DNA from: Nemertoderma westbladi
Lineage: Eukaryota; Animalia; Xenacoelomorpha
DNA: 44,434 nt
NCBI GenBank assembly: GCA_032718475.1
Contig: JAUCBJ010005187.1
Location: 1-44,434 of the forward strand
Direction of reading: 5' to 3'
Shown: positions 11,637-23,200 of the stretch, in pieces
Numbering within the stretch: the stretch's first letter is position 1
How the letters are laid out: each line of letters starts with the position of its first letter
The notes under the pieces: generated by a model
The model's input: only the letters and a program-made list of their open reading frames with translations
Database searches by the model: none
What the model was told of the DNA's origin: nothing
Program-made: the position numbers and the translations under genes

Positions 11637-11865
11637 ACTTGTGGGCACTGAGGGCACCACATGAGGAATTGAGGGGGGGTATGTACGCATACCGTAGTTG
11701 AAGGGTACATAGTACCGTAAACTTGTGGGCACTGAGGGGGCGCCACGTGAGGAGTTGAGGGGGGGGGGGGTGGGTATGTACGCATACCGTAGTAGAGGGG
11801 TACATAGTACCGTAAACTTGTGGGCACTGAGGGCACCACGTGAGGAGTTGAGGGGGGGTATGTAG
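11637..11865 (+). repeat. Three ~85-95 bp tandem units containing a GGTATG-TACG-CATACC hairpin
   Basis: ACTTGTGGGCACTGAGGG at about 11637, 11721 and 11816; the hairpin is perfect in the first two units. Confidence 0.8.
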
Positions 11866-12324
11866 GCATAGTAGGATAGACCGTGTAGGCCGCACGAACT
11901 AGACTACTGTAGCGCATAGCCCGTAGTGCAGACTTAGGGTATTGTTACAGAGCCAGGAAACTGTCTGGTATGAAGCTAGTACGGTAATAATAAAACTGTA
12001 GCTAGTCTTCTCTGTATACAAGTAGAGCGGGGTTACTTAAGTAAGTAACCAGATGGCAGATAGAATAATAGGACATGTAGGGGGGAATATAAATAGTAAT
12101 AAAATTAACAAATTATGGCAACTGAGGGAGAAAATTCTAGAATCATTAATAAAAGGCAATGGACAAAATTTTAAATTTAGGGTGAATTGGCACATCGAGG
12201 GGAACATTTGTATAAAATTATAGGAAAACAAGAAAGGAGGTAGGCCATTACTGATTTAAACTAATTAAGACCATACTTAGTTATCTCTTGCCCTACTGAG
12301 CCTTTCTAAGGCACCACCAGTCTG

Positions 12325-12852
12325 GTGAGAGAGGAGAATCGTGATGGTGGAGAAACTATGAAAGAGTTATCGTATTCCGTGGAGAGGGGCGGATATATGG
12401 TCCCGGATGACGTGGAGATAGTAGAGGATGATGGTGGGACAAGGAAGGGGTCAGGAGGGTCGAGTAGAACTATATTGCTGCATTTAGCGGCTGTGAACAG
12501 AAATATTTTTCTGTTTGACCTAGCGATCTATGGTAAGAAGACTGGGCCAAAGTTGAACCGCCTACCGGATGCGATGCAGAAGCTGGTAAGGTCAAAGACT
12601 ACGATCGAGATTGGATCGGCGATACGCGACGACACAGAGAGGATTATTGGACGGGGCACCCTGAATCTTCTGGACATGCAGGTAGTCTACATGGCTATGA
12701 CGAAACCTGATGGATTAGGATTGGTGGATAACATGGGACAATACGGAGCCGTGGCGATGGGTCAGTTGATGGGACTCACGTGCCACAAGCCGATGGAGTG
12801 GAACAAGTTCCGAGAGGCATACGGTGCGGGACTTGCTGATTCACTCAAGTAG
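12325..12852 (+). CDS. DEDDy-family (WRN/EXD/RNase D-like) 3'-5' exonuclease domain, probably element-borne and possibly C-terminally damaged
   Basis: ExoI-like DVE (YMVPDDVE), ILLHLAA..IFLFDL, LPDAMQKLVRS...IGSAIRDD (ExoII), NLLDMQ, MGQLMGLTCHK follow the order and spacing of the WRN-exonuclease fold. ExoIII YxxxD is unclear (AYGAGLAD). Confidence 0.7.
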   Translation: MREENRDGGETMKELSYSVERGGYMVPDDVEIVEDDGGTRKGSGGSSRTILLHLAAVNRNIFLFDLAIYGKKTGPKLNRLPDAMQKLVRSKTTIEIGSAIRDDTERIIGRGTLNLLDMQVVYMAMTKPDGLGLVDNMGQYGAVAMGQLMGLTCHKPMEWNKFREAYGAGLADSLK

Positions 12853-14252
12853 GGGGAGGGACAAGTTATATCACCTCCGAAAGGGGAGGGGGGGGGGGGG
12901 GGGGGGGGTTAAGACACGTCATGTAGACGAATGTATAATATATAATATACGTACTATAGTCAAGTACAACCTTTTTCCAACTAGCTACTGGGACTGGGGA
13001 CTAATTGACTAGAACAGGAGGACGAGACATTAGACGGATCCTATTTCTCAAGTGGGGTCACACTAATGAGAATGTGGGAGCCCAACAGGAGCGTACGGAA
13101 GGTGAGAGCAAAGGGGGTTGAGTATTGGGGAAGTATGGGAGGAGTATGGGGAGGAGGCATTAGGGTATGAGGAAGTGAAAGAGGTGCGAGATTCAAGTGT
13201 GGGGAGCAAGCATAGAGGGGGATGAGTCCCAAGGGACTAGTGAGAGAGGAAGGGACAACAAAGTCCGTGAGGAAAAATTGTGTGAGTAGTGAGGGCGATC
13301 ATCTAAAACAGAGACGCCAGATGCCTTGGTATAGCATAGCTCGTAGGTGTACCAAGGATGAGTAGTGATAACAGACCCATGGGGCCGGCCTGGAAAGCTG
13401 ACCCCGAGAAGAGAATTCCACCCCACATCCAATATTAGATTGGATTCCAGCGGAATTGAAGCGCACTTAAGGTTGATGCTATCTTCTCACTGGGAAGATA
13501 GCATGGGGGGGGGGGGTGTAAGCGGATTCAATTCCGTGCATTACCCACCTAAAATGGGATTAGTGGCATTTTACCAATTATAGTTGGCGAGGTGACATTA
13601 GCAATAATAATGTCACCTCACAACCAACTAAGGCGATACACGCTGCAAGCCACAGGGAGAGTTGAGAGGTCAAACCACCTCAGAGGGACAAACAAGCTAT
13701 TAAGGCTAGCACGAAGGGACAGTGGCAACAGGGAGTGGCGAGGTGACAATTAATCAGGTTAAGCCAATGGTGGGTGGGAAAGCACATTGGGAGTGATTAG
13801 AGCGCATCTATTGGATACTCAGGCCACTCAGTAGTGTAGAGGTAATTTAATATGTGTCAATGATAATATAACCGTTGTGGTTATTGATTACTGGTTCAGT
13901 TGGTTCCTATGCAGTTGTGAGACCGGAACAGTTTTAACCGTCGTCACTACCTTACTATTATATTCAGACTGTGCTATTATTGATTACTGTGATTATAAAC
14001 GCTGATAGTAAAACTCAGTTATTTGAATGGCCTTCCGCCTAGTATATACTTATATCCAGACAACAGCTTCAGCAGCCTACAGACGCGGCGACGCATACAC
14101 ACAGACACCGGTCGGGATTTATACTGCCAACTCAAAGATCCCGTCCCGATTGCCGTCAATTTTTAGCGTGGGGAAGGGCTACCCCCCCCCCCCCCCCCCC
14201 CCTCCCCACCCCCCAAGGGTTGTAGGATTTATTAGATAAACGATTCGAGTTT

Positions 14253-14275
14253 AGAAGGGGAGGCGAATGCTGTAA
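14253..14275 (+). other. Possible polypurine tract followed by a TG LTR start
   Basis: AGAAGGGGAGGCGAA immediately followed by TGCTGTAAT; no matching 5' LTR in the window. Confidence 0.3.
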
Positions 14276-14811
14276 TATTGGAGGCGCTTTACTTAAAACA
14301 AAGGCAACATAGTTTTTTTAGTGAAACCGAATATTCAAAAAATCCTAAGTAAAACCAAAATATAACACAATGCAGTTTACCGGAGACATTCAAATCCGTG
14401 GAGTGAATTATTGTTGACATTCAGGTGGGATCGAACTGGTGACCTGAATGATGGAAGTCGGTCAGCTTTACTAACAACCAATAATCAATAGGAAACAGAG
14501 TCAGGTATGAATGGTTAGAACTCCCCAACCAAGAGGTCACCAGCTCGAACCCACCTGGAAGTCGGTCAGCTTTGCTGCGCCCAACGAAAATTATATTAAT
14601 GAAAACCACTTATCCTCCCAAAATACTAATAACAAACATAAATATTGTTGCTATACTTCAGCTTATCATTGAGTCGACGTGGTGTATCACAGACTGGGTG
14701 CGAACAAAGGTCGCATAAGAGAATAACAAATAATAATTTACGGAGCAAGTGGAAACATTCACACGATATTTAAATAAAGACATCGACAGTAATGTTTCAT
14801 TCAGTTACTTG

Positions 14812-17745
14812 CACCTGTACTTGTACACTACATACTACAACCAGTTCACTACATACTACAACCTGTACACTACAAACTACAACCTGTACACTACATACTA
14901 CAACCTGTACACTACATACTACAACCTGTAGACTACTTACTACAACCTGTACACTACATACTACAACCTGTACACTACATACTACAACCAGTTCACTACA
15001 TACTACAACCTGTACACTACAAACTACAACCTGTACACTACATACTACAACCTGTACACTACATACTACAACCTGTACACTACTTACTACAACCTGTACA
15101 CTACATACTACAACCTGTACACTACTTACTACAACCTGTACACTACTTACTACAACCTGTACACTACATACTACAACCTGTACACTACATACTACAACCA
15201 GTTCACTACATACTACAACCTGTACACTACAAACTACAACCTGTACACTACATACTACAACCTGTACACTACATACTACAACCTGTACACTACTTACTAC
15301 AACCTGTACACTACATACTACAACCTGTACACTACAAACTACAACATGTACACTACATACTACAACCAGTACACTACATACTACAACCTGTACACTACTT
15401 ACTACAACCAGTACACTACATACTACAACCTGTAGACTACATACTACAACCTGTACACTACATACTACAACCTGTACACTACAAACTACAACCTGTACAC
15501 TACATACTACAACCTGTACACTACATACTACAACCTGTACACTACATACTACAACCTGTACACTACATACTACAACCTGTACACTACATACTACAACCTG
15601 TACACTACATACTACAACCTGTACACTACTTACTACAACCTGTACACTACATACTACAACCAGTTCACTACTTACTACAACCTGTACACTACAAACTACA
15701 ACCAGTTCACTACATACTACAACCTGTACACTACAAACTACAACCTGTACACTACTTACTACAACCAGTACACTACATACTACAACCTGTACACTACATA
15801 CTACAACCTGTACACTACTTACTACAACCTGTACACTACTTACTACAACCTGTACACTACTTACTACAACCTGTACACTACATACTACAACCAGTTCACT
15901 ACATACTACAACCTTGTACACTACAAACTACAACCTGTACACTACATACTACAACCAGTACACTACATACTACAACCTGTACACTACTTACTACAACCAG
16001 TACACTACATACTACAACCTGTACACTACAAACTACAACCTGTACACTACATACTACAACCAGTTCACTACTTACTACAACCTGTACACTACTTACTACA
16101 ACCTGTACACTACATACTACAACCAGTCCACTACATACTACAACCTGTACACTACATACTACAACCTGTACACTACTTACTACAACCTGTACACTACATA
16201 CTACAACCAGTTCACTACTTACTACAACCTGTACACTACAAACTACAACCAGTTCACTACATACTACAACCTGTACACTACAAACTACAACCTGTACACT
16301 ACTTACTACAACCAGTACACTACATACTACAACCTGTACACTACATACTACAACCTGTACACTACTTACTACAACCTGTACACTACTTACTACAACCTGT
16401 ACACTACTTACTACAACCTGTACACTACATACTACAACCAGTTCACTACATACTACAACCTTGTACACTACAAACTACAACCTGTACACTACATACTACA
16501 ACCAGTACACTACATACTACAACCTGTACACTACTTACTACAACCAGTCCACTACATACTACAACCTGTACACTACATACTACAACCTGTACACTACTTA
16601 CTACAACCTGTACACTACATACTACAACCAGTTCACTACTTACTACAACCTGTACACTACATACTACAACCAGTTCACTACTTACTACAACCTGTACACT
16701 ACATACTACAACCTGTACACTACATACTACAACCTGTACACTACATACTAGAACCCGTACACTACTTACTACAACCCGTACACTACATACTACAACCTGT
16801 ACACTACATACTACAACCTGTACACTACATACTACAACCAGTACACTACATACTACAACCTGTACACTACTTACTACAACCAGTACACTACATACTACAA
16901 CCTGTACACTACATACTACAACCTGTACACTACTTACTACAACCTGTACACTACTTACTACAACCAGTACACTACATACTACAACCTGTACACTACTTAC
17001 TACAACCAGTACACTACATACTACAACCTGTACACTACATACTACAACCTGTACACTACTTACTACAACCAGTACACTACATACTACAACCTGTACACTA
17101 CATACTACAACCTGTACACTACATACTACAACCTGTACACTACATACTACAACCTGTACACTACATACTACAACCTGTACACTACATACTACAACCTGTA
17201 CACTACATACTACAACCTGTACACTACATACTACAACCTGTACACTACATACTACAACCAGTACACTACATACTACAACCTGTACACTACATACTACAAC
17301 CTGTACACTACATACTACAACCTGTACACTACATACTACAACCTGTACACTACTTACTACAACCAGTTCACTACTTACTACAACCTGTACACTACATACT
17401 ACAACCAGTACACTACATACTACAACCTGTAGACTACATACTACAACCAGTACACTACTTACTACAACCAGTTCACTACTTACTACAACCTGTACACTAC
17501 AAACTACAACCTGTACACTACTTACTACAACCTGTACACTACATACTACAACCTGTACACTACTTACTACAACCTGTACACTACATACTACAACCAGTAC
17601 ACTACATACTACAACCTGTACACTACATACTACAACCTGTACACTATATACTACAACCTGTACACTACTTACGACAACCTGTACACTACTTACTACAACC
17701 TGTACACTACTTACTACAACCAGTTCACTACTTACTACAACTTGT
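14812..17745. repeat. 21-bp minisatellite (CTACAACCTGTACACTACATA), ~140 copies
   Basis: Direct tandem array with variants; source of the 989-aa and related spurious ORFs. Confidence 0.97.
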
Positions 17746-17816
17746 AATTTATTCCGAATAATTCGGTATAAATCGGTGTAATATGTTTTCCGGCACCATG
17801 TCGGATCTGATTGTTA

Positions 17817-18260
17817 ATAAATTATTTCTACTTTTCTTTATAATTATTTCTACTTTTCTTTATACTTATTTCTACTTTTCTTTATACTTATTTCCACTTT
17901 TCTTTATAATTATTTCTAATTTTCTTTATAATTATTTCTACTTTTCTTTATAATTATTTCTACTTTTCTTTATAATTATTTCTACTTTTCTTTATAATTA
18001 TTTCTACTTTTCTTTATACTTATTTCTACTTTTCTTTATAATTATTTCTACTTTTATTTATACTTATTTCTACTTTTCTTTATAATTATTTCTACTTTTA
18101 TTTCTACTTATTTCTACTTTTCTTTATAATTATTTCTACTTTTATTTCTACTTATTTCTACTTTTCTTTATAATTATTTATACTTTTCTTAATACTTATT
18201 TCGACTTTTCTTTATAATTATTTCTACTTTTCTAAATAATTATTTCTACTTTTCTTTAAA
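17817..18260. repeat. 22-bp AT-rich minisatellite (TAATTATTTCTACTTTTCTTTA)
   Basis: About 20 tandem copies. Confidence 0.95.
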
Positions 18261-18289
18261 ATTATATCTCTATTAATTTGTATGCGACT

Positions 18290-18358
18290 ATGATTTGTTC
18301 CGGTATTATTATTGTGCTGCTTGTTAGTACCACTATGGCATGGAGTCCATACGACCCG
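18290..18358 (+). CDS. Coding exon 1 of a putative neuropeptide precursor (signal peptide)
   Basis: ATG 18290 gives MICSGIIIVLLVSTTMA-WSPYDP (hydrophobic core, T-x-A cleavage site), ending at a consensus donor CCG|GTGAGT, phase 0. Confidence 0.7.
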
Positions 18359-19154
18359 GTGAGTCGACCCATGGAACTGATATACCGGTATTCACTTTAT
18401 CTATATGTTACACTCCCGACCAACCCAATTATAAAGGTAGGGTAATAGACTAAAGGGTCGTTTGCACAAAAAGTGGCCAGATTCAAGGTTAAAATTTTTT
18501 TTCCTCAACCCTATCAAATCGTACATATTTAGAAACCCATTAGCGTGCTGATTTCAAATTTCATAGTGGTTAATTTTTTCTACCAATAGTAAAAAAGTTA
18601 TGGACGAAAAACGTATGTCTCGTCGGTAACGCTTTGTTAAACATGCGTTTCGCTTTGGACATGTCTCATCATTAACGACAGTTTATTTGCGTTACATATT
18701 TCTGTGCATGCTTTACAAGTGAGACAGCGTTACAATGCGTTACATACCGTTACGTGCAGGACAATTGGGGACATGCTTAGCAAACTCGTTAGGTTAACGT
18801 GAAATCTTGACCTTGTATATCATTAGATAGCGCTTTCAGAAGCGGTATAAATAAACTTTACCTTAAGTGAATCCGATTTATAGAAGAAAAGTTAAGCGAA
18901 AATAAGGGCGTTACAATTTCCAATAACGTAAAAAAAACTGCATGGTTAATTTTTGGGCATAACTTCTGTTAGACTTATCGTTTCGCATTCAATCGTATAT
19001 ATACGGATAGCAATAAAATGATCTTTCGGAAAATACTTACTTTGACACATTTCACACTCAAAAGTTATCTCTAAAAAACGAGCGTTACAACACATGAAAA
19101 ATTTCTAAAAACGAATTTATAGCATTTTTTATTGCCTCAAAAGCAAATTTTAAA

Positions 19155-19259
19155 GAAGTGTATCCGCATAACGACTAGTAGTGTGTATCCGAAGTGTATC
19201 CGCATAACGACTAGTAGTGTGTATCCGAAGTGTATCCGCATAACGACTAGTAGTGTGTA
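19155..19259. repeat. Three copies of 36-bp satellite A, detached from the main array
   Basis: Identical unit to the 23201-25191 array. Confidence 0.9.
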
Positions 19260-19387
19260 TATAGAATTATATTCCCTAAACGCCGTGGATTTTCAAAATT
19301 TTTGTTTTATTCGAATTAACTTTGTTAAAGATTACATTGAGTCCTCATTTGTATTTACTATATCTATTTGAACGCTGATTATTCAAG

Positions 19388-19641
19388 TGGTTCAGTAGCT
19401 CAGGCAGAATACCTAAGGACTGTGGTAAATCTAAGGTTGAGAGTAGGCTAGAGCTAAGGTCGCGAGTAGCGTGGAGGTGAGGAAGGGAGTAGCTTGCTTA
19501 GGTGGATGGTAGGAAAAACCCGGCTTTCTATTGGCTGCTATAAATAGCTTACATAGTTTAAACTATATAGTAGTTCCCCTGGTTGAGGAGATGGGAAATC
19601 ATGTACTGGGATAGGCTGCTAGGTTAACCCAACAAAACAAC
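19388..19641 (+). mobile_element. Possible degenerate SINE
   Basis: GC-richer island with a vaguely tRNA-like head (TAGCTCAGG...GACTGTGG...GGTCGCGAGT) and a CAACAAAACAAC tail; no TSD found. Confidence 0.25.
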
Positions 19642-20709
19642 TAAACTTTTAATTAATTATTGATTACAGGCAAGGATTTGGAAGGAATTTTTTAATTTCA
19701 TCAAAGGTTTACGTTTAATTAAACGAGTATCAGTTAATCGTGTTATATTGACAAATAAAGTATCATATTACAAATATATTATCTAGTTTTCTAGACTTAT
19801 GAGTAAATAATAAACTTTCAATAATGTGTCATGAGTTCCAAGGCATCCACGAGTACCGTGTTTGTATACGGGAATTAGCAAAGGAGACCTGCCATTTAGC
19901 GGAGGGGGGGGGGGGGGGGGGGGTCATTTTTGGGGGTTTTACAGCATGTAGTCGTAGGCCTAGGTTTTTGTACTACATGGTGTTGATCGTGTGGGTGGAC
20001 CACCGAACAGTTGCGAATTTTAGACTAAAATAGACAATTGTTTAAAATGTATTGTTTATTTGGTAATCCGATACTCACATTGCACATATAGAGTAAGATA
20101 TACAGTATATTGTATAATTGCAATATTAAAAGTTAAGTTACAATAATACTTTGGACAATGGTGTGGCTAGTATTATAGCCCAATGTATTGTCTGGAAGTG
20201 CCGAGCAGATAGGTATGTAGTGTAGGTAGGTAGGTAGGTAGGTGTGCACTGTGCAGTGCTTGCAAAAAAAAGGGGGGGGGGGGATATTACTATTATGTGA
20301 ATTGTGAGGTGTGAGATTGTTACTGTTGTTGTTGATAGGGAAATAATTAATTATCCTAAGTTAATCTCCAGCGCAATCAATTGTTTCACTGGAGTTCCGA
20401 TGCTGATCCAGGTATATAAAACTAAACTAAATGAGTCGAGATAGGAAATACATAAAATATTGGATGGAAAAGGTTATGGAAAATTGGTAAGACCTATGTT
20501 TTATTGATTGTTTACAGTGTACTTTAATTTAATATTTTAGAAGGTGACCTATTTCGAAAAGGGTACTATATTTTAGATTTTTTATGTTTTACGTCAGCAA
20601 AGGAATCAGAGTTCCATATCGTTGGCCCTGAAAAATAATTATTAGTGTTAGGAAATTATTGGAAAACTAATGTATCTTTGAGATGAGCAATGCGCATATC
20701 CTTGCCTTA

Positions 20710-21092
20710 AGGCCTGTTTACGCGTGGCAACTTTTAGAGCAACTTTCTCGGCAACTTTTAGAGCAAACCAGGTTGCCGATCAAGTTGCTCCGTGTAAACA
20801 CGTAAGTTGCTGAAAAAAAATGCCGTAAAATTTGCTCAACTTTTACGGCAACTTGAAGGAATTTGCGTTGGGGAATTAAAGCGGGATAATCAGATGTAAT
20901 TATCAAAAACTAGCTAGTAGATAAAATTACCCACTATTTTACAGTTAAACTCGCCAAGTTGCTCTAAAAGTTGCCGGCCAAGTTGCTGGTAAAGTTGCCA
21001 CGTGTAAACAGCGATTAAATTAAGTTGCTCCAAAAAAAGTTGCTAGTTTGCCGAGAAAGTTGATCTAAAAGTTTCCACGTGTAAACAGACCT
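20710..21092. mobile_element. Harbinger/Tourist-like MITE
   Basis: TIRs AGGCCTGTTTACGCGTGGCAACTTTTAGA / TCTAAAAGTTTCCACGTGTAAACAGACCT; TTA TSD at 20707-20709 and 21093-21095; internal AAGTTGC repeats. Confidence 0.85.
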
Positions 21093-21395
21093 TTAGGGGT
21101 CGAATAGCCTACGTTGATAGTTAGACGTAAAGGATAATATATTATTTGTTGAATAAGTTAAATTTGTATAAGTTACTGTATAATGTACAATGCTCTATAT
21201 GTATATTACATGTTCTCATACTGTATAATATTAATATTGATGTTTCAATATTTACAAAGTATAATAATTCTAATAAAAATATGTATGGTAGAAAAATACA
21301 TTATTGCGTTTTTCCTTTCTCTCTGCGTTTTTCCTCCCTCTCTGGTCATTTTTCCGCGTAATTCTTTTCCCCCCTTGTTTACAGTCTGTTTTGCC

Positions 21396-21471
21396 CCAGC
21401 CCTAGCTCAGTCGGTAGAGCGTTGGAAATTATATATGTAGTAGGTATTGAGTTCGAATCCTTGTAGGTGCG
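21396..21471 (+). pseudogene. tRNA-derived sequence (tRNA pseudogene or SINE head)
   Basis: A box TAGCTCAGTCGG (21403), B box GAGTTCGAATCC (21449); the anticodon arm does not pair. Confidence 0.6.
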
Positions 21472-21532
21472 AATTATTTTTTGTACAGAATTTCAACTCA
21501 TTTAAATTGACCGCTACAAATTAAATTGCATT

Positions 21533-23070
21533 TGTCTGTACCTAGATTAACCAATGGGACTGTAGTTATTTGATTGTAACCAATGTCGTGCAAGTTATAT
21601 ATTAGCTGTACCAATAGCTATCTTTAAAAACCTGTTAGAACCTATAGAACAATCGAGAATTTTCTCGATTGATTGCAGCACAAATTTGCTATATAAAAGG
21701 TGCGATTTCGTTCATTAGTTATCTTACACAATATCTTTCAAGCATTATATCTTCAGTCTATCTATCTTTCTTTCTCATTACATTATTTCAGATTACATTG
21801 TTTATTGTATAATAGTTATTGTTTGATTTTGTAATAAAAGTTAGAAATACTTGTCACATCTGCCCTTTTCTATCTGTTTTATCATGCTTCACCACGGTGA
21901 ACCCAACTAAGGGACAGGATGGCTGGCTAGACTTCGGGCCGCAGCAATGAACGGGAACATCTAAAGAATGTAGACAGGAGACAACCCGCAATATCATCTT
22001 AGTTATTCGCCCATCGCCTGAAAGGTTAGACAGCGTTCGATGCCTTGCTACCTAAGTGTAAGACCAAAGATCAAAGGTAGAGGTAGTGACACGCTGTACG
22101 CCTAAAATTACATCTTAGGGACTGTACTGTCTTGATTCAGGAAAAACCGCAGTAGACCTTCATATTCCTACGGGGGGGGGGGGAGAGCGCAGGCAGATAC
22201 TAGTACGCAGATAGGACTTAGGCACACCGGTACAAAGCATACACATTGGTAGGGTGCAGCAAACTGTACGCCTAACTCTTGCTAAGTACAGGTGCGTCTG
22301 CGACTATTTGTAGTACAACGGTGTCCATTCCATTGCATTAGAACTTGTAGGCTAGGAGGGTTACTGTGTTTCACCTGAATTAGGATTGTACCGTTCAGGC
22401 GGTAGGGCAGTTTACGACTAGGCGCAAATAAATTGAGGCTATTAGGGATACTAACATCTACCGTGTCCCCGCCAACATCCTGATAGGAAGTTACCAAGCC
22501 CACCTAGGTAACCAAAATTCTAGATAGGACGCCAGGCTAGCTATTAGTAACCGTACGCCTACTGTAGTAAACTAACACATTTCTTCTTAGTATTAGGGAC
22601 CTGGTAAAATAAAATTGCCGAATTCTGGGCGTAGCATTAACCTTATGCCTGGATTTGAGTCCTGGAAATACGCAAGAGGGGAAGGAGCCTTATCATTCGT
22701 GAGTATTGGACCTACAAGTTACAAAATTAGAATATTCGTAAAATGCACACCGTACCCAGTAATTATATATATGAAGGAGCAAAACTGATCTTGACTGTTC
22801 AGAATTAACACACGCGCGTTAGAAATTATTTACACCTCAAAGTATATAAAATTAACTTTTGTCCGTACTGCGCTTTGCCCGCTAGTTAGACATCTCCAAA
22901 ATCTCTGCACCTAGCTAGCGTCCCTTTCGCCCAACCATATAAATCACACCGCGGCAAAGTATACGAGCCCCTTAGTCCGTCAGTGAGTCAGCCTGATTTT
23001 AGGATTCGCTGCGCGGGATTTTGTTTTATCGAAGTTTGTCTGCTCGTAGACTGTTTTCTGCCTCACCGGT
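21533..23070 (+). mobile_element. LTR-like segment (~21533-21916) plus long non-coding leader, copy 2
   Basis: TGTC...GACA ends, three CCAAT boxes about 30 bp apart (21551, 21580, 21611), TATAAAA near 21692, AATAAA 21833, TGG at 21920 in a PBS position; the leader is homologous to 3161-4350. Confidence 0.5.
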
Positions 23071-23200
23071 TATAAGGGACCAATACTGCAATATATTCGC
23101 TTACTTGGAGTTTACTGTTTTGGTGAGAAGGTCGGATTTATGATTTGATTCACAAACTTTACAGTAAGATATTGCAGGTATTGTTACTGTCTCTTCGAAT

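Noticed and set aside
12882-12908. Poly-G/C runs as G-quadruplex signals (also 14182, 19901, 27426)
   Set aside because: Homopolymer length is unreliable in assemblies and nothing indicates function.
14423-14575. Inverted 23-bp repeat with B-box-like GTTCGA and a 16-bp direct repeat
   Set aside because: Probably scrambled tRNA/SINE debris; no TSD or complete structure.
14792-17761. 989-aa ORF and the other long repetitive ORFs (23159-25437, 25861-27158, 30346-32459, 32571-33107, 42296-44416)
   Set aside because: By-products of stop-poor minisatellites; open in several frames and on both strands.
21396-21471. Functional tRNA gene
   Set aside because: A and B boxes are present but the anticodon stem cannot pair.
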